This document shows, in pieces, positions 12,021 to 25,432 of a stretch of 64,000 nucleotides of DNA. The position numbers were made by a program, and so were the translations under genes. The notes under the pieces were generated by a model, which had not been told where the DNA came from, searched no databases, and saw only the letters and a program-made list of their open reading frames with translations. The DNA is taken from the NCBI GenBank assembly GCA_951406725.2, contig OX597814.1, positions 199,702,001 to 199,766,000 on the forward strand, written 5' to 3'. Position 1 is the stretch's first letter, and each line of letters starts with the position of its first letter. This stretch comes from Octopus vulgaris (Eukaryota).

Positions 12021-13203
12021 GGATATAGGTGCTGTCTCAGCTCTTCTACACCTAGACATAGGTGGATCATCAAAGATGTGACACCTGGAGGAAGAAAGGG
12101 GACTGGACCAGCACAAAGCCAATTCCTATTTTCAGCAGAGTAGATTAGGGCAACATAAAATGAAGTGCCACGCCCACTCGGAGGGCTGGCTCGAGGTACC
12201 AACAACTCGGGTAGTTGCTCAGGCTGCCATGTGCGAGGGGGTGCCAAGGGGGACATGACAAAGACAAAGAAATTTCCACAACCATCTGCTTGTACATGCC
12301 AAAGTTCAGCTTGATCAGGGCACCAGCAACCCTAGGGCTGGCACTACTCACTGGTACAATGTACTACCCAGTCTAGAAATTGAACCCATGACTTTAATAT
12401 CAAGAATTCAACCACCAGGTCACTTATTAAACCTAATAAAGGCTTGTTTTCTTTAAAACCAGAGCAATATTTTCATCTGTAAAACTTTGTATATAATTAT
12501 AAAAACATCGATATTTACCGTGAAAACTTTTATAATTACAAGCTAAAATATACATATTTACAATGAAAATCTATAATTACAGTTATAAAATCTATTATTA
12601 CAATTAAAGCATCTATAATTGCAATTAAAAATAAACATCTCTTATTAAAACTGAAAATTCTATAATTACAAGAAAACTTAGGATGAAATTATGGATACAA
12701 AATGGAGGACAAATGCAGTTCTTTTTTATATAAATTTCCGTGCATCTATTTTCAATTATTTTCTAAAATTTATTTTTTATCTCTTACTTGTTTCAGTCAT
12801 TAGATTGTGGCCATGCTGGGGCACTGCCTTGAAGAGGTTTTAGTTCAATGAATTGACCCCCAGTCTTTATTTTTCTTGTAGGCTGAACTGCTAGTTTACA
12901 GGGATGTAAACAGCCCAACACTGGTTGTCAAGCAGTGGTGAGAAAACACACACACACACTCTTACCCAAGATGCCATACTGTGAGACTGAACCTGGAACC
13001 ATGTGATTGGGAAGCAAGATTCTTACCATATGACCACAGTTGTGCTTATAAATTTTATAGTTTTAAATTTTATATTTAAGATATATTTACATGCTCTGTA
13101 TGGTTACAAAACATGATCTGCAACCACATGGTTTGGTGTTCAATCCCTCTGTCATCTACGGTAGCTTTGGGCGAAACTTGTGATGGGGACAGACACAGAC
13201 ACA

Positions 13204-13244
<41 letters not shown>

Positions 13245-13569
13245 GGCTTCTTTCAGTTTCCGCCTACCAAATCCACACTCAAGGCTTTGGTAGGTCTGAG
13301 GCTATAGTAGAAGACACATGCCCAAGGTACCGCACTGTGGGACTGAACCCAGAACCACGTGGTTGGTAAGCAAGCTTTTTACCACACAGCCATGCCTGCT
13401 ACTGCAAACTAAATTTATTTTTTAATAATTTATCCTTATTCCTAAATTTTCTGATTTGACTTTTGTTTTCATCTTTGCTTTCAATTTTTAATCCATTGTC
13501 TTCCCTATAGTCAGCCTTGTTTGGTCCTTCCTCTTCCCTAATATCCACAGATTTTGATCCAGCATATAA

Positions 13570-13974
13570 TCTCTTTACTCTTTTACTTGTTTCAGTCATT
13601 TGACTGCGGCCATGCTGGAGCACCGCCTTTAGTCAAGCAACTCGACCCCGGGACTTATTCTTTTTGTAAGCCCAGTACTTATGCTATCGGTCTCTTTTTG
13701 CCAAACCGCTAAGTGACGGGGATGTAAACACACCGGCATCGGTTGTCAAGCAATGCTAGGGGAACAAACAAAGACACACAAACACACACACATACATATA
13801 TGCATATATACGACGGGCTTCTTTCAGTTTCCGTCTACCAAATCCACTCACAAGGCATTGGTCAGCCTGGGGCTATAGCAGAAGACACTTGCCCAAGATG
13901 CCACGCAGTGGGACCGAACCCGGAACCATGTGGTTGGTTAGCAAGCTACTTACCACACAGCCACTCCTGTGCCT
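13570..13974 (-). mobile_element. Family A SINE, young subfamily
   Basis: Full length. Shares diagnostic bases (CAAGGCATTGG, CCAAGATGCC, GGTTAGCAAGC) with 54812-55219 and 55774-56186. Confidence 0.9.
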
Positions 13975-14099
13975 GTTACGATCTGTTACAACCATACAAA
14001 TTATATAGCATATTCTTCTCTGATACACAAATCTCTCTTTCTCTCTCTCTCTGCAAGCAAGGCTACATACTTTACACATAAACGTCTCCCCAAACAGTG

Positions 14100-14280
14100 T
14101 TGTCTACTCACTCAACTACCATCCTTTGGATTGCTGGCTTTTTGTCAGATTATACTGTCACAGCAGGAACAAACGGAACTCTCTCTGACCTACATCATAT
14201 CAGATATTTTGTACTTTGTGGTTTGGTTTTGTTCTTCACCCTCTTTTATATACATTAACAACCTATTTGCTGCTGTTTAA
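14100..14280 (+). pseudogene. Putative cadherin-repeat remnant
   Basis: AGTNG / LTYIISDILYFVV resembles G.NG.L.Y.I.....F.I. Confidence 0.35.
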
Positions 14281-14394
14281 CAATAGCCACTCTTTTGAAA
14301 TGCTACCCATCATTTCTTCCTAAACTTTCATGCCCAAGCAGTAACCACATACAGCCTAGGTGTCTGATGGGAAATCTACATTGATTCTATGTAC

Positions 14395-14429
<35 letters not shown>

Positions 14430-14934
14430 TATTCATCGTTTAATGTCCACTTTCCATGCTAGCATGGGTTGGACGATTTGACTGAGGACTGGCGAACCAG
14501 ATGGCTGTACCAGGCTCCAATCTGATCTGGCAGAGTTTCTACAGCTGGATGCCCTTCCTAACGCCAACCACTCTGAGAGTGTAGTGGGTGATTTTACATG
14601 CCACTGGCACGAGGGCCAGTCAGGCGATACTAACAACGGCCATGCTCAAGTGATGTTTTTCATGTGCCACTGGCACAGGTGCCAGTCCAGGGGCACTGGC
14701 ATCGACCAGCAGAATTGTTAGTGCACTCTATGAAATGCTTAGCAGTATTTTGCCCATTGCTATGTTTTGAGTTCAAAATCCATCAAGGTCGACTTTGCCT
14801 TTCATCCTCTCAGGGTCAATAAAATAAGTACCAGTTGAACACTGGGGTCAATGTAATTGACTCATCCCTGCCCCAAAACTGTTGCCCTTCAGTTTGTTTA
14901 AGAGCCTTTTAGATGTAATGTAGTGATTTTCTTT

Positions 14935-15150
14935 TGCTTTTTCTGATAAATTAACCTTTCCTCATCATCCAAGACTTATATCTGATGTCTTTGTGAACAA
15001 CATTTCTGACTGTTCCTTCAGACACATGGAGATCTTTTACAATTGACCTCATGGACTCTCTGGGATTGTAATCAATGGTCTCTTGAACTTGCTGGATAAA
15101 TTCAGGTGTTCTGATGATTTCAGAGTGTTTAGAATGATTTTTATGCTTTG
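14935..15150 (-). mobile_element. Tc1/mariner-superfamily transposase HTH fragment
   Basis: HSKHSEIIRTPEFIQQVQETIDYNPRESMRSIVKDLHVSEGTVRNVVHKDIRYKSWMMRKG* is a typical second HTH region. Confidence 0.8.
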
Positions 15151-15187
15151 AAATAAAAGACTAAAAGAATATTAGCATATATGGTTG

Positions 15188-15470
15188 TGAAGGCATGTGG
15201 CCTAGTGGTTAGAGCGTTGCACTTGCGATTGTGAGATCAAGGGTTCAATTCCTGGACCATGCAACACATTGTGTTCTTGAGCAAAACATTTCATTTCACA
15301 TTGCTCCAGTCCACTCAGCTGTAAACAACGGAATAGTCATTTGATCGGCGAGTGGGGATGGAGGGAATATTGACCTGCTTGCTTATCCAGGAGGACGGCA
15401 TCATTTGTGAAGCGCAGTATGACCAGTGATGTATAACAACATCCAATAGTCTGGTCAGTACTGCAGACCT
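15188..15470 (+). mobile_element. Family D tRNA-derived SINE
   Basis: Head TGGCCTAGTGGTTAGAGCG...GGTTCAATTCC and TTGTGTTCTTGAGCAA core. Relatives lie near 10560-10745 (-), 17960-18283 (-), 31925-32245 (+), 43950-44082 (-) and 52536-52808 (+). Confidence 0.8.
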
Positions 15471-15599
15471 GGGATTAGCATATACGGAGATGGGATTTGA
15501 GAATTGGTCATTGCATATTCTGAATGATAATGCATGTTGTTAGGAGTTACTAATACTACTGCTAAATAATTTACATTTTCTCTCTATCATTTATAGACC

Positions 15600-16480
15600 T
15601 CATTTCAATTCTTTACCATTTGTAAGCCCAATTATTACTGAAGATCTTTGGTGAATATGCACCACAAAAGACAGGCGTTTCTCTTTCTGTTGAGGAAATA
15701 TTTCAACCTTCAACAACTATACATCCTCTACAATTCTCAGGTGAAACTCACAATGGGGCTCTACTCCCACATTTGGAACAGTGCTACATTAGCGCACCGG
15801 GCGAAATGCTTAGCAGTATTTCGTCTGTCACTACGTTCTGAGTTCAAATTCCGCCGAGGTTGACTTTGCCTTTCATCCTTTCAGGGTCGATAAATTAAGT
15901 ACCAGTTTCGGATTGGGGTCAATGTAATCAACTTAATTCCTTTGTCTGTCCTTGTTTGTCCCCTCTGTGTTTAGCCCCTTGTGGATAGTAAAGAAATAGA
16001 TATTTCGTCTTCCGCTACATTCTGAGTTCAAATTCTGCCGAGGTTGACTTTGCCTTTCATCCTTTCGGGGTTGATAAATTAAGTACCAGTTTCGCACTGG
16101 GGTCGATGTAATTGATTTAATCCCTTTGTCTGTCCTTGTTAGTCTCTATGTTTAGCCCCTTGTGGGCAGTAAAGAAATATATACATACACAAGCATCCCA
16201 GACTGCATCCAGAGAAAGGCCACTTGGCATAAAATCACTCATATCAGACTTATGGCTCACATATAATTTAGTGGTCTCATGACTTTTTGAGTGATGTAAT
16301 CTTGTGCTACTTCTCCTCAGGCACTCTCGTCTCACTTGTCTCTCCTCTTCTCTGGTCAATCATTCTGAGTCCAACCTTGAACTAATCCCTATTCCCTGTC
16401 CTTTCTTTCCCAAAATATCAGCTCTCTGGTACTCTCTCTCTTCACTTGTCTTTTTGCAGTCTGACATTAATTTCACTCAT
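15600..16480 (+). mobile_element. Jockey/L2-like LINE RT 3' remnant, interrupted by a family B SINE (about 15790-16178)
   Basis: ITEDLW...FLFLLRKYFNLQQLYILYNSQVKLTMGLYSHIW, later FFPKISALWYSL. Confidence 0.7.
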
Positions 16481-16653
16481 CCACAAAATTCTTTTATTCT
16501 TTTATTTGTTTCAGTCATTTGACTGCAGCCATGCTGGAGCATTCCCTTGAAACGTTATGAAGTTAAGTTCTACTGAGACCTAAGTTCAAAACGTTTCAGG
16601 GAAATCCACACATACAGGCTCTTCTTTCTGAACAAACCATAATAATAATAATA

Positions 16654-16794
16654 TAAGTTTGTCCCAAAAGTTCGTAGAAAGTCTTGGAAAATAATGGTCT
16701 TTATTTTGAGGAATAATTTTTGTTGTTTTTGTTAGTACTTGGCGAGTAAAAATTCAATTTTCGCAAGTGTTTACAAACTTTTGGGACAACCTAA
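16654..16794. mobile_element. Mariner-derived MITE
   Basis: TIRs TAAGTTTGTCCCAAAAGTT...AACTTTTGGGACAACCTAA inside an (AAT)n tract. Confidence 0.75.
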
Positions 16795-17787
16795 TGATAA
16801 TAATAATTCAGTGATTCAATGAAACATCTGCAATAAGATTTCAATGTACAACCCCAAAAATTAAGTCTAATATTTTATCCATTCAATCATAGAATTTTAA
16901 AAAATGTTTTCTGATTACAGAAAGTTTAATATTTCATTTTAAACTAAGATATTTACAATTAAACTTTACTTGTTTTGGACATACTCTTTGTTTCTTTAAT
17001 TCTTTGCAATATAAAGTTTATTGACAGCTTTGAAATATCAGTTGGTAAAACATTAACTATTGAATGGCTGCTCATTTGAAGAATAATCAATATCCAGTCT
17101 CATGAATTTTTATTTTCCATTAATAAATGTTAAACATCTCTGCAGGTGTGTTCATTCAGACAAAATTCCTTCAGAAACATTAAATTCAAGGAAGAAGTCT
17201 TTTACATTTGTTCATTTATTTTCCTTTTTCATTTTTTTATCTTTTCTTTCTCACTATAGTTGGCCTGTCTCCAATTATTTTATTTGTTGAAAATAACATG
17301 AGTATTAATGTAAGTTTACAAACTGTAAAGATAAAAACAAAAGAACAAATTGAATTCGTTATGAAATAAGGAGTTTAAAAGATTAATAAAATGTAATATC
17401 AATGCAGTATGATGAAGATTATTTAATCGGAGATCTTTGAATGATTTACATACAATGTTAACACTTAGATTTATCTGATTTGCATTGAAAGATTCTGTTT
17501 ATGTTTGTCTAATCTGAATATGTGACTGATTGCTAATGTTTACTCTTAGTTTTTCTAAATATTCCCACATTAGCATGCAACGTAGAAGCATCTCAAAAGC
17601 CATAACAACAATAGCAATACTAGATGACAGTTATTTAGCCCTAAGTCTGATCAAGTGAACTTATGATCAAAAGCCTTCCAGCTATGATGATACTGTCTTT
17701 ATTTTTTTTATTAAGCATGTAAGACTGCATAATTGAATGAGTTCTTTCATTATTTATGATGATAGGGTGTGATTTAATCCTTAAGTA

Positions 17788-18565
17788 CATAGGTTCTCAA
17801 AGTGGGCACTACTACCCCCTGATGGGCATTGAGACAGCCTTGGTGAGCGCTGGTGCCTAAGAGAAAAAGGAGGCGTTGGAAGGAAGGCAGTGAAATGAGG
17901 GAGGGACGCTATGAACTTATAGTACAAATTATATATTATATTAAATGATTCATAGTATATATAGATTTTATTTTTATTTATTTATTCATGCACTCTTTTC
18001 AAGCCTAGCCAGGCTCATGGGCCCGGTTTCTGTGGCATATGTGTTCCCCCCAGCTGGACAGGAAGCCAGTCCATTGCAGCGTTACTCAAGAAACACGAAG
18101 AGAGAGTGAGAGAAAGTTGTGGGAAAAAAGTACAACAGGGATCACCACCACCCCCTGCCAGAGCCTCATGTAGCTTTAGGTGTTTTTGATCAATAAACAC
18201 ACACAATACCCAGTCTGGGAATCGAAACTGTGATCCTCCAACCGTGAGTCCGCTGCTCTAACCACTGGGCCATTGCGCCTCCACATATATAGATTAGCAG
18301 TACGGAATTTTGTCAGTGAACAGGTTGAGGTCCCAAAGCAACGAAAATATTTCGACAAATTAAATTTAAATGGTGAAGTGAATCTAACGGTTTTTGTGTG
18401 TTTCTTAAATGGCTTATAAACACCTTCCACACTGCAATTGTTTTCATTCCAGCACACGATCTCATATCAGGTCACTATTTATTTATACATAAAATAGGGG
18501 TGAGGAAGCTGAGGGTATTATGTGGCCATGAGGAGGTGTGGTGGGCCAAAAAGTTTGAGAACATT
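17788..18565. mobile_element. hAT-like non-autonomous element with nested SINE (about 17960-18283) and Penelope-like end (about 18290-18480)
   Basis: Ends GGTTCTCAAAGTGGG... and ...AAAAAGTTTGAGAAC, typical of Charlie-type hAT termini. Confidence 0.55.
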
Positions 18566-19170
18566 TCCTTTAGCATTTAGACCAGCCATATCCAGACAAA
18601 ATATTTTACCTGTTTTATCTTTAAATCAATCAGATCTGGCCTCTTATACCTGCCCTACAATGACATTTTAAAAATACACAATCTCATCATTGAAAAGCTG
18701 AGATAGTGCATGCATGGCTGTGTGGTAAGTAGCTTGCTTACCAACCACATAGTTCCGGGTTCAGTCCCACTGCATGGTGCCTTGGGCAAGTGGCTTTTAC
18801 TAAGAGTTTCGGGGCTAACCAAAGCCTTGTGAGTGGATTTGGTAGACAGAAACTGAAAGAAGCCTGTCATATATGAGTGTGTGTTTGTGTTTGTGCATCT
18901 GTGTTTGTTCCTGCACCATTGCTTGACAACCAATGCTACTATGTTTATATCCCTGTAACTTAACAGTTCAGCAAAAGAGACTGATAGAATAAGTACTAGG
19001 CTTACAAAGAATAAGTCCTAGGGTTGATTTGTTCAATTAAAGGTGGTGCTCCAGCATGGCCACAGTCAAATGACTGAAGTCAAATAAAAGAGTAAAAGAG
19101 ATCACTTCAAAACAATGCAAATAAATAAACATTGCATTTGCTTGAGAAATCTGAATGCTAAAGAGTTAAA
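18566..19170 (+). mobile_element. TTAA MITE family 2 with nested family A SINE (about 18708-19100)
   Basis: CCTTTAGCATT...AATGCTAAAGAGTTAA termini. Relatives at about 28017-28805 and 57534-58218. Confidence 0.7.
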
Positions 19171-19719
19171 GGGTATTTGGCTGTTATTTCTAATTAATCA
19201 AGTAACCATAGACTCCCTCGTTAGCTGCTTAAAGTACAAATAATTGGTGGTGATGGTTAGTCTCGTCTTTTCTCCTATTTGTCCTCTTTCTTCACTCAGA
19301 AGATAAATGGTTTCCTTCTATACTTTGGCATCTGGTTGACACTGTACTTTGACAGCCCCTTTCTGTAATCAACCTATTTACCTACCTGCTCTGCTATACT
19401 TCTACTTCATACAAATTCTGAGTTACATATCCGTTTGGATGTTGCCATAGATTTTTGTATCTTTTGTAGGCATAGAAACGAAATATAATTTTTTAAAAAA
19501 TAAAAACTTAATTTACTATATCAGGAAATTAACTTGTGCTTTCAACAAGCTATCTTCCAGTTCAAGATAATAGCAATTAATTATAAAATCTGCCATACAC
19601 TTTGGCTAAATATTAATTTGTTTTTCCTTTTTCAAATTTCTGATTGTCATTTATTTTTCTGATCAATATTTGAAATTTGTTGTGTGTTTTGTTCCACACA
19701 AACAAGCCCAAGATATTTT

Positions 19720-19910
19720 AGAAGTAACATTGTTGCTATCAAAGGACATAGAAAATGAAAATTCATCTATTTACCTCTTTTTATAGTTAATCTCATGCCT
19801 ATTCAAGACATTTCAAATGGATGAAGGAACCGGATATCTGAAACGGACATTGAATCAATTTTCATTGCTCTCAATTGACAATTTAACCAACTTTACTCTG
19901 TTGGGAAATT
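19720..19910 (+). pseudogene. Putative cadherin-repeat remnant
   Basis: IVAI/KDIENENSSIY ... FKTFQMDEGTGYL matches V.A.D.D...N..I.Y ... F.ID..TG.I. Confidence 0.5.
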
Positions 19911-20279
19911 CAAATGGAAGGAATCTCATTTTTTCAATTTTTTTATGATATATAAAATTTAAGAAAGAAAAGAAATTTAATACAAATGCTAAAACCATTC
20001 CATCCTGATGTAGTCTTGTCTAAAGAAATATTTCTTTAGACCCAAATAACTAATTGCATTTCTTTATCTATCTATTTATTTTCACGACCAAAGTAATTTG
20101 CTACTAAACGATATCATTAAAAATTGTTTCAAAACAGAAATATAAATGTATATACAATAGGATTGATTCAATAAGAGTGTGTGTGTATGTATGTGTGTGT
20201 GTGTGTGTGAAAATTCTTAGTAGTCACTCGTTTTGTTGAAATGGTTAATACACATATTTGCAATGTCTGTTACATATTC

Positions 20280-20690
20280 TGTAGAAGTCTCAGTTCAGCC
20301 TGTAATGGCTAATTTTTGTCAAAGACTTCAATCAGTTTCAGACAATATTACCAAGAATATAATTTTAAGTGAAATAAGGACCACATAAATGCAGATACGA
20401 AGAGCTTGAGTGTCCCAGTAATATTAATAATCATGCTTTATAAAAGAGGATTTCTCAATTTAGAGAAATCTCTCAGCACTGTGTTTAGATTGAAGACAGT
20501 ATTACAACTCATTATGCACAGCTCACTTCATGCAGAGAACAAATCATCTATGATTGATTTCTTTGAAAATAATGACTCGAGTTCTAACAATTAACTGCAT
20601 TCTAATTTCATCTCTGATTCTTATGAAAATACACCTGGTTCGCCATCGAACTTCCAAAAACCTCTCATAAGACAAGCATACAAGTGATAT
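20280..20690 (+). pseudogene. Putative cadherin-repeat remnant
   Basis: IFVKDFNQF / NIILSEIRTT* / VFRL...SSLHAENKSS, matching I.V.D.N; I.E; LD.E..S.Y. Confidence 0.5.
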
Positions 20691-20719
20691 ATACCTTTCT
20701 CAAAAAAGGGTCTGGAAAT

Positions 20720-21050
20720 AGTTATGAAAATTGCAGTTGTGATACCAGTGCCGGTGGCACGCAAAAGAACCATCCGAACGTGACTGTTGCCAGCCCCGCC
20801 TCGACCGGCCTCCATGCTGGTGGCACGTAAAAAGCACCAACTGATCGTGGCCATTGCCAGCCATGCCTGGCACGTAAAAAGCACCCACTACACTCACAGA
20901 GTGGTTGGCATTAGGAAGGGCACCCAGCTGTAGAAACACTGCCAGATCAGACTGAGCCTGGTGCAGCCTCCTGGCTTCCCAGACCCCAGTCGAACCGTCC
21001 AACCCATGCTAGCATGGAAAGCGGACGTTAAACGATGATGATGATGATGA
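20720..21050 (+). mobile_element. Family C SINE-like element
   Basis: Internal units, core and (GAT)n tail. Confidence 0.9.
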
Positions 21051-21946
21051 ATAGGTAACCTCATTTGTCTGTATTAAAACGCCTTATTATGAGGTAATTA
21101 TAATCAGGCAAATAATGTACATATGTACTGATGTGAGTGTTCATGTGTGTAGACATCTCGTTATTTCCCTGTTGTTGTGGGACTCCATTATTCAATTCAG
21201 AACTTTGGTTTTCCAACAAGAGAAATGTGATATTGGGTTAGTTTATTGTTAAATTGCCTGAGTTGGTTAAATCTTCTTTTATTTTTTTACTAGCTTTAGC
21301 TCAAAACCTGCAGCCATGCTGGAGCACCACTGCTTTTTGTCAAATATAATTCATTAATATGTTTTAATCATGCACTAGATTTTCCACAGTCTCTACAAAT
21401 GTCTATCTGTAATGCGAGCGCTAAATACATATAGGACAACCATCATTGATCAGACGCCACTTCAAAGTGATATATTGTCTGTTGAAAGTCTATATATTTT
21501 TCTGTTAAAATTATTGCTTTCTAGCTGTCAATACTGTATTTGCAGTGAAGTGAAAGCAGTGGATAATAGAAATGATAAAGTACTAGAATAAAATGACTTG
21601 AAGTATTTAGTTTCATTCCTCTACATCTTGAGAAATTTAATCCATCTAGAATAAATAAAATCAGTGACATGAATGTCCTTGGCTAATTAAATTGTCTCTA
21701 CTCTTCTCCAATACATTTGAAGTCTTGAGCCAAAGTCAGAAATCATTATAATGGTCAGAGTGCCAACAATAAATTTATGGTGTTTTAGTATATATTTTTT
21801 TATAAGTTAAATAGTTTCACAAAGATTATAAGCCAACAAAATTCTGTTATAATTAACACTCTTAGGACAGATTAATAGTAAGAAATTTCTTCAGGTAAAA
21901 AAAACAAACAAAAGCAATGAAACACAAAACAAGAATTCTTCTAGAG

Positions 21947-22472
21947 GAAATCAAAATCAAATTCGATGACTGGCATCCATGCTAGCGGGGTGCAAAGAGC
22001 ACCATACGAGTGTGATCATTGACAGAGCGGCTAACCAGCTTCCATGCCAGTGGCACTTAAAAGGCACCATTCAAGTGTGATCGCTACCAGATTCGCATTA
22101 CTGGCACTTGAGCCGCATGCTAGTAGGGTATTAAGAGCACCATCCGAGCGTGATTGTTGCCAGAGCGGCTATCTGGCCTCCGTGCCACGTAAAAGACACC
22201 ATTCGAGCATGATCGTTACCAGCATCGCCTTACTGGCACCTGTGCCGGTAGCATGTGTAAAAGATTCGAGCGAGGTTGTTGCCAGTGCCACCTGACTGGC
22301 ACATAAAAGCACCCACTACACTCTCGGAGTGGTTGGCGTTAGGAAGGGCACCCAGCTGTAGAAACTCTGCCAGATCAAGATTGAAGCCTGCTGCAGCCAT
22401 CTGGTTCGCCAGCCCTCAGTCATTTGTCCAACCCATGCTAGCATGGAAAGTGGACGTTAAACGATGATGATG
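21947..22472 (+). mobile_element. Family C SINE-like element, higher-order-repeat subtype
   Basis: (AAATC)n start, A-B-A-B-C internal units, core and (GAT)n tail. Confidence 0.9.
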
Positions 22473-22569
22473 AAAGAGAATCCCTACATTCAAATGTCTT
22501 GGCTCTTAATTCCCTCTAAAAGGAGTTGAATGATATTCCATTATAATTCCTAAAAAAAAAATTCTTCCA

Positions 22570-22830
22570 GGTTTGAAACCTAGATATTCTGCCTCTTATC
22601 TACTCAGCAGATGTTTCAGTTTTTGTCATCCATGAAATCCTTGTGGAAAATAATACTCCTTTTTCCTATTTAAGTTTCCCATATCCAAGTTCATTTCCCT
22701 TCATCTTCAGCCAGTATTAATCTTTCTTTTGCAATTTCTCTTAATGCTCCCAGAACATATGTTTTTACTTTGCTGCTGATACGTTGGAATATTAGGCATT
22801 GATGTATCTGGCAATCCTATTGTACTTACT
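22570..22830 (+). pseudogene. Putative cadherin-repeat remnant
   Basis: SADVSVFVIHEILVENNTPF (V.V.V.DVNDN.P.F) followed by SFAISLNAPRTYVFTL (F.ISEN.P.GT.VFT). Confidence 0.55.
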
Positions 22831-23394
22831 TTGGCTTTGTATCCAACTTCTTTAAAATCTTAAAAATATATATCAGAAAAGCAGCAGATATACTTCTAAA
22901 CTGATGTAAGATATTATAAATTCTTAAATTCTCTCACAAATCTACAAGATGCTTCAAGTTTAATCTCATAATCTGTGACTTTGTAACATGTATGATGTTT
23001 CTATATCTATCTTAGTACTAGTCATATGTGTGTGTGTGTGTGTGCGTATGTGTATGCATGTTTATAATAAGTGTAGGTGGTATATGAGTGGGTATATATT
23101 TATGAAAAAGAAGTTTGAAAATGCCACTATATAAGATAAATTTTTATTTTCTTAGAAATTTTACAAGTTTCGGTTCTTCTTGAAAGAACGAACCTTATCA
23201 AAAATATTGTTAAAAGTGAAGAGTAATTAAAAAGTTCATAATTGTTTCTTACTGGTCTCAACAGAATCCACATGTTTTTTTGTTTTTTTTTGTGGGGGAG
23301 AGCATAACAGCTGTCTTGTGTGTTGACTAAAGTTGGGGAAATGACCAGTGGCCGAAATATAATTTTTCCTTACTTAATGTTTAGTTAAAGGATT

Positions 23395-23786
23395 TTCTCT
23401 TTACTCAGTTACTCTTTTAATTGTTTCACTCATTTGATTGCAGCCATGCTGGAGCACCGTTTTTAGTCGAGAAAATTGACCCCGGGACTTATTCTTTGTA
23501 AGCCTGGTATTTATTCTATTGTTCTCTTTTGCCGAACCACTAAGTTACAGGGATGTAAACACACCAGTATCGGTTGTCAAACACAGACACACACACACAC
23601 ACACACGCACATATATATATACAACGGGCTTCATTCAGTTTCCATCTACCAAATCCACTCACAAGGCTTTGGTTGGCCCGAGGCTATAGTAGGAGACACT
23701 TGCCTAAGGTGTCATGCAGTGGGACTGAACCTGGAACCATGTGGTTGGTAAGCAAGCTACTTACCACACAGCCACTCCTGTGCCTG
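23395..23786 (-). mobile_element. Family A SINE
   Basis: Full-length match to the other copies. Confidence 0.9.
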
Positions 23787-23789
23787 TAA

Positions 23790-24720
23790 TTGTTGGCGAG
23801 TATTGAGAAAGGGATTATGCCCATGGACTTTGCAGCCTCTCCTAAATCAGTATGACTGATGCCCTTAATGTTCTTTTTGAACCTTTGTAAGCCAACAGTT
23901 GCAAGAAGATATGAGCAGGGAAGAAATTCCAGAAGGGCTGCATTCTGGGAAGGAAAAACTGGGTGTGGTGATTAGTACAGGGACTGGAGATTGGTTACAA
24001 CAAAAGTATTGAAAGTAAGAAAGATTAGTGGGTTTTGAATGGTGACATGGAGACAGAAAAGCCCAACAAACTCCAAGAAATAGGGACCATTATTATACAG
24101 ATGAAAAAATAGAAAAAACAGTGTACCTGTGGACCAGATGCCAAGGGTGTTTATGAGTTGTTTTATGTCAATGTCTGTGAGTAGCAGCAGCCATTCAATA
24201 ATTTGGACCTGGAGATCTTCATTTCCAGCGACTTCGAGGGCCACCTCCCAGTGGTGTCGGGCATCAACAAAGAGCCCTCAACGACAACAAGACGACCAAA
24301 GTTTTTTTGTTTTTTTTCCAAGGTCTGGGCTCTCCCGCCCCTAAGCCCTAGACCATCACCTAACCACCCTTACCCATCTTGTTGCTTAACAATAACAACA
24401 ACAACAGCAGTAGCAGCAGCATCCCTAATGTGAGAGCAATACTCCAATGTAGGCTTTGCTTGGACTTTATAGAGTATCAATGACTCTTGGTAGCTGGAGA
24501 CTCTTCTGGCTTTAAAGATGAAAGCTAGTCATTGGGATGCTGTCCTAGCAATATTAAGGTTGTGCTTGTGTCAGGCAAGATCCTTGCTGATTGTGAGACT
24601 CAACAATGAGGGTGTCTGCGAGGACCCTAGTTGACTCATGAGTAAGGTGGGTGTGGTATGATGATGCTTTCCTGGTAAGTGTAACATTTGTGTTTTCTTG
24701 TTGTTGAAAGAGATAAAATT
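23790..24720 (-). mobile_element. Degraded Jockey/L2-like LINE RT 3' region with a nested short retroposon
   Basis: The minus strand gives YKVQAKPTLEYCSHI near 24430-24475. The surrounding sequence is degraded. Confidence 0.65.
24200..24400 (+). mobile_element. ~190 bp GC-rich retroposon with (AAC)n tail
   Basis: Close inverted copy at about 29275-29465. Flanked by an apparent TSD GTAGCAGCAGC. Confidence 0.75.
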
Positions 24721-25066
24721 GATTTATATTGGGGATATGTATGTGGGGTCAGTGTGAATTTGACATGTAATGTAAATATAGTCAATTCCAAATTTTGGGG
24801 CCCCACTGCATTGTGTTAGTACACAGAAATTATATCTTCTTCATGCAGAGGATGTCTGGAAAATTTCACCAATTTGTTATTTTTAGTCATCAAATCAATT
24901 AATGTTTGTCCGCTTAAAATGTTATATGTGACACACATCTAAGATTTGGTCATATTGTGCTTCACTGAAGGGGTAAAATAATACAAAAACATATCTAGAG
25001 TTGTCACTCTACTTGCTACTTGAAGTATGTTAGACTAGACTTAACTATATATTGTTTGCGCAGAAG

Positions 25067-25432
25067 CAGGTATGCAGGAGTGGCTGTGTGGTAAGTAGCT
25101 TGCTTACCAGCCATATGGTTCTGGGTTCAGTCCCATTGCATGGCACCTTGGGCAAGTGTTTTCTACTATAGCCTCGGGCTGATCAAAGCCTTGTGAGTGG
25201 ATTTGGTAGACGGAAACTGAAAGAAGCCTGTCGTATATACATATATGTATATGTTTGTGTGCCTGTGTTTGTCTCCCCTGCCACTGCTTGACAATCGATG
25301 TTGGTGTGTTTACATCCCCGTAACAATAGCAGTTCAGCAAAAGAGACCGATAGAATAAGTACTTGGGGTCGATCTGTTGGACTAAAAGTGGTGCTCCAGC
25401 ATGACCGCAGTCAAATGACTAAAACAATCAAA
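25067..25432 (+). mobile_element. Family A SINE
   Basis: Match to the other copies. Another lies at about 26228-26595. Confidence 0.9.

Noticed and set aside
15000-15650. Cadherin-like FTID..SG and PHF...ITED motifs
   Set aside because: They are better explained by a minus-strand transposase fragment and a LINE RT (ITEDLW). This shows that single cadherin motif matches can be false.
18205-18283. tRNA gene candidates in SINE heads
   Set aside because: A/B-box-like motifs are present, but there is no convincing acceptor stem and each head continues into a SINE body.
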